DNA of 64,000 nucleotides from contig NC_082711.1 of NCBI RefSeq assembly GCF_030144855.1, forward strand, positions 109,182,001 through 109,246,000, written 5' to 3'. Shown in pieces: positions 11,940 through 23,493 of the stretch. The notes beneath the pieces were generated by a model. The model saw nothing but the letters and a program-made list of their open reading frames with translations. It ran no database searches and had not been told where the DNA came from. Every line of letters starts with the position of its first letter. Position 1 is the first letter of the stretch. This stretch comes from Hypanus sabinus. Taxonomy: Eukaryota. A program made the translations under genes and the position numbers.

Positions 11940-12557
11940 GATGGGCCAGCTGTACTTTATTAGGAGTTTGAAGAGATTTGACACGTCAACAAGTACACAC
12001 AAAAACTTCTATAGTTGCACTGTGGAGAGCATTTTGACAGGCTGCGTCACTGTCTGGTATGGAGGGGCTACTGCACAGGACCGAAAGAAGCTGCAGAAGG
12101 TTGTAAATCTAGTCAGCTCCATCTTGGACTCTAGCCTACAGAGTACCCAGGACATCTTCAGGGGGCGGTGTCTCAGAAAGGCAGAGTCCATTATTAAAGA
12201 CCTCCAGCACCCAGGGAAGCCCTTTTCTCACTGTTACCATCAGGTAGGAGATACAGAAGCCTGAAGACACACACTTAGTGATTCAGGAACAGCTTCTTCC
12301 CCTCTGCCATTTGATTCCTAAATGGACATCGAACCCTTGGACACAACCCCACTTTTTTTACTATACTGTATTTCTTTATTTTGCACATTTTTAAATAATA
12401 TATTCAATATACATAATTGATTTACTTGCTTATTATGTTTTATTTTATTTATTATCGTTTTCTCTCTCTGCTAGATTATGTATTGCATTGAACTGCTGCT
12501 GCTAAGTTAACAATTTCCCGTCACATGCTGGTGGTAATAAACCTGATTCTGATTCTA
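11940..12557 (+). mobile_element. Rex/Babar-like LINE 3' fragment
   Basis: QLYFIRSLKRF...FYSCTVESILTGCVTVWYG...HPG; tail aataaacctgattctgattct. Confidence 0.8.
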
Positions 12558-12589
12558 ATCTAGCTTATATTAAGTTATATAAACTACCG

Positions 12590-14185
12590 CCTTGGTTTCT
12601 CTACCTGCCTCTCGCCCCCTCGCCCTCTTTTGTCCTTGTCCTTTCTCTCGTCCTCTCACCATCTATCAACCTCACCCTCTCCCCTTTCAATTCCACCGGA
12701 ATCTGGGTGCTCTGCACGATGTCTACCATTTTAACAACTTCCAATTCCCTCCCCCCACTGTCTTGCCTTCACTATGGAATTCCACTCCCTACACAATTCC
12801 CTATGGGAGGAACTGAGCATCTCCAATTACCTTTTAAACATGGATTAAATCAGTTCCCCTCTTAACACTTGCCTCTGTCTGGCAGAACTTGCTTATCCAG
12901 AACAGCTTCACTTTTGATTGCCATCTCTTTCTCCAAATCAAAGCAATAGGCCTAGATATGCCTGCCTTGCATTGGCTACACCGAGCAATCTCCTTTCCAA
13001 ATCTGCTCTGGCTTCACTCCAACTTTAAACACAACAATTAGTTCAACAATTCAATAACCACACTGGTTCAGCCTCAGCAGCTGTGCAGAACTCATCAATT
13101 TCATCAACTTCTCTGTTAACTTGCACCTGTCCTCAAATTTACTTGGACTTTTTAAGATGCCTCTCCTTTCCTGATCTGTCTCAGGAGACAAACTATCCAA
13201 AACATTTAGTACAAACTTCTTGATTCCCATGGCTCCCTGGGTTACACCTTCCACCCTGTCTTTTGCCATGCCTTTCTTCCATCTCCCCCACCCATTCTTG
13301 CCCTTCCTCCCTAACATGCAAAAGGGATAGAGTTCTCTTGGTCTGTACACTCCAGCACATAAGTCTTCCATCAGATTTGATGAGATCCCACCTACCCCTT
13401 TCCACTATCTCTAGGGATCACACCAGCAACCTACCCTCTGCTTTTATGTAACCATCTTTATCCATGAGACCAAGTACAGACCACTGTTTGCCATGCTCCT
13501 ATGCTCTCCGAAATAGCTATCTGGAGCTCCCGATTGCTTGCCATGTTCATGCCTCTCCCATTCCCATACTAATCTGTCCTCCACCATCTTCATTGCCAAG
13601 GTTAGCTAAAGCAAACTGGAAGCACTGCTTATTCTATTTGGACAACCCACAGCTCAATGGGATGAACATTGAATTCTCCAGCTTGGATAACTTGCTCCCC
13701 TTCTGTTCCTTTCTCTTTGTGTACCCAGGACATTGCATTTATGCCCTTCCTTCCAAGCACCTTCCCAACACTAGGTCCCATCTATTTCTTTCCCCTTTCA
13801 TCTACTCACCACCCACTTGGTCCTCTTCTTCTCTCCCTCCTCCCCCCCCCCCCCCCACACGATCTGTTCTATCTGCTCACCCTTACCTGGTTTCTCTTCA
13901 CCTTATGAAATTCTCTAATCTTCAGTCCTTTGCCTCCACCTATAATCTCCATCCTCTGTATCTTCACCCTCCTCCACCTGTTTCATCTGCCACTTCATTA
14001 TTGCTTGCCAGCTTTTGCCCCATTATTCCCCTTCTCTTTCTGCCGGCTGACTTCCTTTGTTCAGTCCAGATGAAAGGTCTTGATCCAAAATGCCTACTAA
14101 CCATTCCCTCAAATGCTGCCAGACCATACAGAGTTCTTTCAGAAGTTTTCCCTCTGGATTCCAGCATTTGTAGTCTCTCGTCCTT
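12590..14185 (+). mobile_element. Penelope-like element, degenerate (RT, GIY-YIG end, 3' terminus)
   Basis: Frameshifted RT segments (NSFTF..HLFLQIKA; ELINFINF..LH...F); PQLNGMNIEFS endonuclease end; pyrimidine-rich tail; terminal cagtccagatgaaaggtcttgatccaaaatgcc. Confidence 0.75.
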
Positions 14186-14267
14186 GCAATTTTTCGATTG
14201 CTTCCAAAGGCAGCAATTCAAAAATGTAGATGCATTTGCCCAAGTGATTGTGTCTGATAGTAAATTA

Positions 14268-15330
14268 GATTAGACATTGGCTCAGTGGGAGAAGTTAGAG
14301 AGTGGTAGTGGAGGATTGCTTCTCTGAATGGAGGCCTGTGACTAGTGGTGTGCCACAGGGATCAGTGCTGTGTCCATTGTTATTTGTCATCTATATCAAT
14401 GATAATGTGATAAATTGGATCAGCAAATTTGCTGATGATACAAAGATTGGAGGTGTAGTGCACAGTGAAGAAGGTTTTCAAAGCTTGCAGAGGGATTTGG
14501 ACCAGCTGGAAAAATGGGCTGAAAAATGGCAGATGGAGTTTAATACAGACAAGTGTGAGGTATTGCTCTTTGGAAGGAAAAAATGGGGTAGAACATACAA
14601 GGTAAATGGTAGGACACTGAGGAGTGCAGTAGAACAGAGGGATCTGGGAATACAGATGCAAAATTCCCTAAAAGTGGCGTCACAGGTAGATAGGGTCATA
14701 AGAGAGCTTTTGGTACATTGGCCTTTAGTATTGCGTATAAGAGTTGGAACGTTATGGTGAGGTTGTATAAGACATTGGTGAGGCTGAATTTGGAGTATTG
14801 TGTGCAGTTTTGGTCACCGAATTACAGGAAGGATATCAATAAGGTTGAAAGAGTGCAGAGAAGGTTTACAAGGATGTTGCTGGGACTTAAACTGAGTTAC
14901 AGAGAAAGGTTGAATAGTTTAGGACTTTATTCCCTGGAACGTAGAAGAATGAGGGGAGATTTGATAGAGGTATATAAAATTATGATGGATATAGATAGAG
15001 TGAATTCAAGCAGGCTTTTTCCACTGAGGTTAGGGGAGAAAAAAAAAAACAGAGGGCATGGGTTAAGGGTGAAGAAGGGAAAGTTTAAAGGGAACATTAG
15101 GGGAGGCGTCTTCACACAGAGTGGTGGGAGTGTGTGGAATGAGCTGCCAGATGAAGTGGTAAATGCGAGCTTACTTTTCACATTTAAGAAAAGCTTGGAT
15201 AGGGACATAGATGAGAGGGGTATGGAGGGATATGATCCAGGTGCAGGTCAATGGGACTAGGCAGAAAAATGGTTCGGCACAGCCAAGAAGGGCCAAAAGG
15301 CCTGTTTCTGTGCTGTAATGTTCTATGGTC
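14268..15330 (+). mobile_element. CR1 LINE, 5'-truncated, young subfamily
   Basis: ORFs 14302-14760 and 14718-15260: SGVPQGSVL...KFADDTK...CEVL...LYKTLVRLNLEYCVQFWSP; tail gcctgtttctgtgctgtaatgttctatggt. Confidence 0.92.
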
Positions 15331-16219
15331 TGGTTTCTGTGCATTTCCCTTTTCTGAATTGCCTTCTGGTAGAATTTCTCAACAATGTGTTATTAATGTT
15401 AATAATCTTGGATGCCACAAAATGTAAATCAGTAAAATAAATTTTATAGCCGTCTCAGCTTTGCAATATTTATCTTTTGATAATTTTCTTGTTGAGTTTT
15501 GCACTCTCTACTTTGCCCAATGATCTCTTTAAGTTACTTGTTTGCTAAAGTCGGTCTTGGTTGTATTTGCCCAAACCAATGCATTGGCAGGTTTCTTGTT
15601 TTTAACACATTTGTTCATCAATGTCTTGATTCGCTCTTCTGTTGAGCAAAGAACAACTCATATATCTTTGCTGCCTAGGTCAGCAAACTGGCATGTCCTC
15701 AGCAGGTTGTCCTTTTTGACAGTTGTGTGTACCCTAGTGAACTGCCAAGTGGCAGTTACTGTTTCTGTCTTATCTGACTGCAGAGATACATAAGTGGACA
15801 TAAGAGCTGATTAAGTCTTTCAGTTTCTAATTTACTTAACAGAACCAAAACAACCCATTTCAAATCTACCGGTCCATAGCATTGAGTTACATATATGCAA
15901 ATAGCAGTGATTTGAAATGATGTCTTTGTGAGGTCAGTTTTAGGGGTTAGTGTAAGATGAGGAAAATAATTTTTGATGTAACTATTTTGGGATGGTTAGT
16001 TGCCAAGAACATGCCAAAGATAGTTTTATTTTTCATCACTGGAATAATGATCGCATGGCTGATTACCTGAAAATCTACTATACTGTATTTTTTTTTATCT
16101 TATCATGTTCTAATTCACTAGTCAACTGAAATGAAAAAAAAACACTGGTTTGGGTACAGAGTAGTTATTTATCCACAACATTTGGTTGAAGGTCTCAGCC
16201 CGATATATCAATTGTTTAG

Positions 16220-16440
16220 GCGAGGAAATCTGCAGATGCTGGAAATTCAAACAACACACACAAAATGCTGGTGGAACACAGCAGGCCAGGCAGCATCTAT
16301 AGGGAGAAGCGCTGTTGATGTTTCGGGCCGAGACCCTTTGTCAGGACTAACTGAAAGTCGTTTACTTGCCTCGATAGATAATGCCCAACTTCAGTTCCTC
16401 CAGTCTATGTTACAGCATCAGCAGAATCTCTTGTGTTTAT
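16220..16440. mobile_element. Penelope-terminus fold-back element with hammerhead-like motif on - strand (16312-16349)
   Basis: gaggaaatctgcagatgctggaaattc...caggcagcatctatag...gtttcgggccgagaccctttgtcaggact; right arm degenerate. Confidence 0.75.
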
Positions 16441-16544
16441 AAATTTTCTTTGTTTTTTTATTAATCACCTGGCTCCCCAGGGGAAAGGAAGGGTGAGGTG
16501 ATTAATAGAAAAGTACTGTTAGGAAACTGGCTATTTGGCCCATC

Positions 16545-16980
16545 TTCTGAGCTACTTGAACTGCCTACTCCCATCAACCTGTACCAGGACTATAGCTCTC
16601 CATACTCCTGCCATCCATATACCTGTCCAAACTTCTCTTAAATGTTAAATTAGAGCTCACATGCACCACTTGCACTCACAGCTTGTTCCAAATTCTCAAG
16701 ACCCTCTGAGTGAAGAAGTTTCCCCTCATGTTACTGTTAAACTTTTCACCCTCCACCCTTAACCCATGACCTCTGGTTGAGGTCCCACCCAACCTCAGTG
16801 GAAGAAGCCTGCTTGCATTTACCCTCTCTATATCTCTCTAACTTTGTAGACCTCTGTTAAATCTTCTCTCAATCTTTTAAGCTCCAAGGAATAAATTCCT
16901 AAACTATTCAAACTTTCCTTATAACTTGAGTCTTCAAGACCCATCAACATCCTTGTAAGTTTTCTCTGTACTAGTCTCGG
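16545..16980 (-). mobile_element. CR1 LINE 3' fragment
   Basis: Reverse complement matches the CR1 3' end (aagcctgcttgcatttacc, ccttaacccatgacctctgg), shared with 22785-23065 and 28505-29610. Confidence 0.75.
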
Positions 16981-17232
16981 TGTCAGTTGTAACATCTGCT
17001 TCAGTAGAGATCAGCTAAGAATTAATACACTGTACACAACAATTCTCCAGGCCTGGATACACTGTACCACATTGGGTAGTACTGTGAAATCCCTCAGTAA
17101 GTATTGGATAGCACAGCTGGTAAAGCTACTGTGTCATAGTTCCAGCAGCCAGCACTGTTTATGGAGTTTGTATCTTCTTTCTATAACCCTCTTGGATTCT
17201 TCTCAAAGATTTGCTAGGTTAATTAACCTTCT

Positions 17233-17612
17233 CAGGTGGCGGAGTGGGGATGTCCCTCTTCTAATGGAGGTATAAGGCACTCCTTCCCTCTGCTAGCCTG
17301 CAGGTCACTCTTGGGCAAGGTGTGGTACCTACTTAGTCATGCTGATCAGGGTCATGTGAACATCGGAGCAGACGGTGGATGGTCATTTGATAAGCAGGTG
17401 CACGTCACAAGTCCTGGTTATGCGACCACTGACACAGGCAGTCAATCTCTGAAGAGTACTGATAATGGCAGTGGTCACCCATTTGGTAAAGACACTGCCC
17501 AGAAGAAGGCAATGGCAAACCACTTCTGTAGGAAAATTTGCCAAAAGCAATCACGGTCGTGGAAAGACCATGATCGCCCACACCAGATGATACAGGATAT
17601 AACGAAGAAATG
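17233..17612 (+). mobile_element. About 380-bp SINE-like repeat with RTE/Bov-A-like module
   Basis: Second copy at 57724-58100; both carry agaaggcaatggcaaac(c/t)a.ttctg.ag.aaaatttgcc. Confidence 0.7.
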
Positions 17613-19724
17613 AAAGTTTCCGTAGTGGAGTTGTAGAATTTAGGCAGAGTTGTTGGGAATTAAGAAGGAATAAAACATGCTTGGTGTAAACAGGTGTTTG
17701 ATAGTTGGAGTGAAGTGTGGTATGATTTACTCAAGTGAGAATGATTCGCACAGCCGTCTTTCCATAACGGATCTACGTTGCTTTTAGCAGTGATGTAGTT
17801 GGTAGAAGTGACCCTTTTGTAAGTTGGGCATTGGTACACAAGATAACACCTAGATGCAGATGTTGTATGTGCCACTTAAGATAAACTGACTTGTCAATAA
17901 ATTGCTGTATGTCAGTACGTATGTTTTCTGTTCTGATTATTTCAAGAGCTGTTTAAAGTTAATCAATTTGTTTATGTTAATTCTCATGATTAAACATCTT
18001 CTGAAAGATTAATCTTGGGATAGAAATTTTTAAAAACTACCAGAAATCCTGAAGGTGAATCCAGAAGTTTCAGTTGTAAATGGTGTGAGGTAGGAGATGA
18101 GAAGCTGACAGACCTGAAATGAAAGCGCTAACCAGATAAACGTTACACAATGTTTTATTGTAAAGCACAAAGCAGCAGTGAATACTGAATATGGCACACT
18201 GACATTTCCTACAAGACACTGGTGTTCTATACACAAAGTATTGCATTTTATTACCATGAAACCTTTTTGCAGGCTTCAGGCAGTCCAGTATTTAAAACTA
18301 CAGTAAGTAGCTTGGAGCTTCCTTTCGACTGGGACATTTCACAGTAACTGCTATCAAAGAGCTCGAGTTCAAGACATTAAGTACATGTCCAAGAAACCTG
18401 ATACATTTCCAGAAGTAAAAGCAAATTCCTTTCGGTTCAATCCGAATGAACAAATAACTTTAGCTTAGCTTCTTCACTGATGCCCGCTGTTCTGTGTGGA
18501 GTTATTGAAGTGTTTGGCTTTAACAGCACCCAGTATTCTACAATAAAGAGAAGTGTACAATTATTTAACAATATTGGCCATTAGCTGTTGCATATAAAGT
18601 TCAGTGGGTTGTTTTTGGCTTAAATGTACTGAATTCTTTGTACTGGATATGTTTTAGTGATTATTGGCATGCTGTTGACTGTTGGTAAGGACTCCAAATC
18701 CACTGATGCTTCTTGAACTCACCACAGGTTATTTTGTGATCACCTGAGAAAGCAAACGGCCTTAATTAATAAACAGACAGCAAAGCTGGCATTGCAAAAA
18801 CTTCGCCAGGTCCTCACTGAAGAAGAGATTACTAAGTGTGCTGAAGTTTCTGAAACACAAGGTTTGGCCTTCATGCTTCATTGCAACAGTATCCATGACG
18901 CATTGCAGAGCTAAATTGGTCAGTTGTTTAACAGCAGATAACGTCTAGCTACAGAACCACACACATGGAATATTCCTGGCCAGACAGCCACATATGGATT
19001 AGAAAGATTAGAATTGGTGCCAATCACAGTCAGCTCTTTCCCACTGCATAATTAGAAAAGTTTCCAGGCTGCTAGTACTGACTGGATTCTGGAGAGGTGT
19101 GTCATTTTCTGCACTGTCTTCCCAATAAATACTGAGACAGCTGATTTGCTTTGTGAAGATATACACGACTCTCATATGCCATAAAATGATGTAAACCAGA
19201 ATAAGGAATTATCAGTTAACTCCACAGGAGGCCATTTCATCCAGCAGCTCTCTCTGAAGCCTTGCAGCATCTCTTCTTGTTGCCTCTGTCTGTATCTTAT
19301 TGGGCTGGTGCCCATTATCCATGGTGTATTGAGCCTTTCCTCATTAACAAACACACAGATCCTGGCATAGATGAAAACCTACGTAACTCTGCTCCAAGTG
19401 AGTTTGACCTACTTTGAGGTAGAGGGAGACCTTATTCGGTGCTAACACTAAATGCCAATGTGCTTTTAGTGCACTGACAGAAGGTGAAATGTAATAATAG
19501 ACTTTATATCTACTTTATGATACATCATTAATCCATGTAATATTTGTAGAAATGATAGTTTTTGAGCAAGAAAAATACTGGCATTTCCATTAGGAATATA
19601 TTCTAGTTTAAAGAATCTGAAGTAGAGAGAGAAAGACATCTTACAGGGTGGGAGCTATTTGCAAACTGTAAGTCTTGTCAGGAGTGAGTTGCTGTTTAAA
19701 GTAGCGACTGATAAAGAACTGGAG

Positions 19725-20135
19725 TGGGTCTAATTCCTAGCGGAAAGATTTACCAGTGCTGCTGCCCAGGGGGTGCGGGTGGAGAGGGTTTAAGCTAAAA
19801 TTGCAGGGCAATGGGAACCAGGATGCCAGAACAGAGAGTGGAGAGGTTGTAGAGAAAGATGTTGCTAAGCCTTTAATACAAAGTCAGGAATGGAAAGGTT
19901 GAGCATGGTGGGATAATGTTCTGAGCCGTGTTTATTTCAAAGCAAGGAGTATTGTAGGAAAGGCAGAGGAGCTTGGGACATGGATCAGCATGTGGAGTTA
20001 TGACATTGTAGCGGTTAGTGAGGCTTGGTTGGAGGAAGGGCAGGTCTGGCAGCTCAATTTCCGGGGTTCTGGAGTTTTAGATGTGACAGAGCGGGAGGGA
20101 TTAAAGGGAGAGTGGTAGCATTACAAGTCGGGGTT
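19725..20135 (+). mobile_element. CR1 internal fragment (ORF1 end and endonuclease start)
   Basis: Translates to VYFKARSIVGKAEELGTWISMWSYDIVAVSEAWLEEG.VWQLN, the N-terminus of the CR1 APE endonuclease. Confidence 0.7.
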
Positions 20136-20169
20136 AGGGTCAGGATGGGACTAGGCATTTCCAATCTGA

Positions 20170-21532
20170 TTCTCAGCCTGGAAAGGGGCCTGACTCTATG
20201 GAAACACCATGTGTGTTCCCAGTACCCAAGCAGGCCAACTGAAAGTCCTGAATTACTACCATCTAGTGGCTCTGACCTCACACATCATGAAGACCCTAGA
20301 GAGACTGATCCTGGCTCAGCTCCAACCCCTGGTCAGATCAGCCCTCAGTACCCTACGGTTTGCCTGCCAGGAGCACATTGGAGTTGATAATGCTGTCACC
20401 TACCTGCTAACCGAGCTTAGTCCCATTTGGGTTAGCAGGGCAGCGCAGTGAGGATCATGTTTTTTGATTTCTTAAGTGCCTTCAATAGCAGACAGACCTC
20501 ATTGCTGGGGGAAAAGCTCTGTTCAATGCAGGATGGCATTTCCATTGAATCCTGGATAATGGACGACATGATTGGCAGACTGCAGTTCGTGCGGCTTCAG
20601 AGCTGTATGTCGACATGTCTGTTAGCAGCACTGGTGCCCCACAGGGGAGTGTATTGGCTCCCTTCCTGTTTACCCTGTATACCTCAGACTTTAGATACAA
20701 TGTCATCTGCAGAAATTCTCTGTTGATTCAGCAGTAGTTGGGTGAATAAAGGGAGGACGGGAGGATGAATACAGGGCCCCGGTGGAGGACTTTGTCAAAT
20801 GGTGCAAACTGAATCATCTGCAGCTCAACATCAGTAAGACAAAGGAGATAGTGATGGACTTTAGGAAGACTAAGCCTGCTCTGCTCCCTGTTATCATTGA
20901 TGGTGAGGACCTACAAGTACCCAGGGGTGCACCTGGATGACAGACTTGCATGAAGCACCATCACAGAGGCTCTGTACAAAGAGGAACAGAGTCGCCTCTG
21001 CTTCCTAAGGGGACGGAGGTCCTTTGGAGTATGCAGGTCTCTCCTTCACATGTTCTACTGGTCTGTTATCGCCAGTACAACTGTCTAAGCGATGGTGTAC
21101 TGGGACAATGGCATCATCACAGGTGATGCCAACAGGCTCAATAAACAATAGAAAGGCTGGCTCTGTTATAGGAGTCAAACTGGGCACACTGGAGGCTGTG
21201 GCAGGACAATATACCCTACAGAAAATAATGGCAATTCTGGACAATGTTTCTCACCCTGTGCATGCCACCTTGGCTGAACAGAGGAGTACTTATAATAATA
21301 GACTAAGACAACTGTGATGCTCCAAAGAGCATGATATGAGGCCTATATGAGACTTTATAATGAGTCAGCCTATAGCCAGGAAAGTGATGACCCCTTCCTG
21401 TTAGACTATTTGAGGAAACCTTTTTTTTTAATTCTTTTTTGCTTCTCTTCTAACATTTGTATACCTGTGCACTTGTAATGCTACTGTGACACTGTAATTT
21501 CCTTTGGTATCAACAAAGTATCTCTCTATCTA
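20170..21532 (+). mobile_element. Rex/Babar-like LINE, degenerate
   Basis: LVALTSHIMKTLERL...RIMFFDFLSAFN...WCKLNHLQLNISKTKEIVMDFRK...HPVH; (tatc)n tail. Confidence 0.8.
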
Positions 21533-22784
21533 ATCGTTCAGCATGGACTAGATGGGCCAAATGGCCTGTTTCTGTGCTGCGGTGTTCTATGAATCAAATC
21601 TAATGATAGAATGTAATGTTTTATTGCTAATTTTCCAAGCTAAAGATCTTGAAATAATAACCAATTACACACTGCATCTCTTTGCTTGGCATTGATTCTG
21701 AAGTTTGATCTATGTACTGTGTATTCTCTGACTTAACTTGACGTGATGAGACTAGTGGTTCAACTTTACTATGCATTACCAGAACAAATATTAAAGAATT
21801 GAGTTTAAAATCTTCTTAAAATATGGAGATACAACTTCAAACCATCAGGCACAGCCTTAACCTTGGACCAAAAGGGCCACAGATCTTCCAGTGTTAAGGT
21901 GAAACAGAAATAGCTGCTCCTGATGGGATGAAAAGTGTATGTGAAAGGAACAGCTGAAGCTGCTGGCATCGAGTTCCAGCACGTCTAACTGTGATGCTGC
22001 AGGGCAGGCCATCACATATCTCGCTCAGTTGGTCTTGCTTCAAATTATTATCCTTTATCCATTGTAAATCATGATACTGCTTGTATATTTCCAACAGGTT
22101 CTGTGTTTTTACCCATGTTTTAAAAGTTTCTCCTTTGTTCTGTTTGATGAATATCCTGAGTACAAAACTTCAATGAATAATGAGCATGCATTCAATGTAC
22201 TCAGTCCCTTCTCACGGTAGCTTCACCACAGTTACATGTACCCACATTCCTATATACAAAAAAATATGGCAGTCAAAGGGATTTTTTTATTGCCAGCAGA
22301 TATAGCAGTGAAGTACTATTTTTGTGAGAGATACACTTTCAGCCCGTCTCTAATCTAAAACCCTAAAGTAATAAGCAATAGTTTGTTGCTTTCCTGTCAG
22401 TTTCATTTAATATCAGGAATAATACAATCACTTTATCTCTGAATCATTTTTAAATAAATCCTTGTGTGAAATCTTGTAATTGAAATATTGAATCAAAGTA
22501 TGCTTTCAATGAATATATTCTGAACTGAAAGCTCACACTGTCCTCTAGATTCTGTGTGTTAAGACTTTTTGATTATTTCCCCCGTCTATGACATGATCGT
22601 GATTAATTTACTAGGAATCCAAAGTTCTTAGAGTGGAGATAGTATACACCAATCAATATTCAGGGTACGCTTACTCTGAGTGTGAATAGCTTTGAAATTG
22701 CTTGCATGGAAATTTATTTGCCACAGTTTGCCTGTTTAGTTAATCCTTTAGAATCACGTTTTAATGCTTCCAGCAAGAGCATAT

Positions 22785-23065
22785 GTCATAGAGTCAGAGA
22801 GAAGTACAGTACAGAAACAGGCCCTTTCACCCATCTCATTTGCACCGAACCATTTAAGTTACCTGCTCTAGGACCCTAGCCCTCAATACCCCTATAAACC
22901 ACATATCTATCCAAGCTTCCCTCAAATGTTGAAATAGAGTTGGCAGCTCATTTCACATTCCCATGACCCTCTAAGCAAAGTAGTTTCCCCTTAAAATTTT
23001 CACCTTTCCCTCTTAACCCAAGACCTCTAATTGTGTTCCCACCCAACCTCAGTGGAAAAAGCCTG
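22785..23065 (-). mobile_element. CR1 LINE 3' fragment
   Basis: Begins with the reversed tail catagagtcagagagaagtacagtacagaaacaggccc; matches other CR1 ends in the window. Confidence 0.7.
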
Positions 23066-23413
23066 CCTGCATTTGTCATCAACAAATTGCACTTCTGCAA
23101 TTTAACCTGGTACTAAATATGTTAATAGTTGAGACCGTAATAAAGATTCCTGAAAGACATGACTGGTTGCATTCTCCTAGATAATCTTTGGTCTTCTCTT
23201 AAGTCAATAATTCACCCTCAGTCCTGTGGGCTTTGTTGTAATGGTTGCTTCAAGCAATTTTATTAATTGATTTTCCCAAAATCCGTACAAGTACGAACTG
23301 TAGATGCTCCTATATAGTTTATTCATATCTTTAAAACAAAAATTAAGTTCTCCTGTCATCGATAATCCTTTATAAATCTATATAAGTTTTCCCTGATTAT
23401 TCTCTCTTTAGAT

Positions 23414-23493
23414 CAGGGGTTCCCAACCTTTTTTATGTTACGGAGCCTTACCATTAACCAAGGGGTCCATGGACCACAGGCTGGGAACCCCTG
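23414..23493. mobile_element. hAT/Charlie-type MITE (80 bp)
   Basis: TIRs CAGGGGTTCCCAACC / GGCTGGGAACCCCTG; 8-bp flanks ctttagat / atttaaat (6/8 match). Confidence 0.8.

Noticed and set aside
13464-14273. 269-aa ORF as a novel proline/serine-rich gene
   Set aside because: It reads through a decayed Penelope endonuclease end and its pyrimidine-rich tail.
16312-16349. G>A changes in the ribozyme motif as evidence of APOBEC editing
   Set aside because: All three are at CpG sites, so methyl-CpG decay suffices, and APOBEC2 has no established DNA-editing activity.
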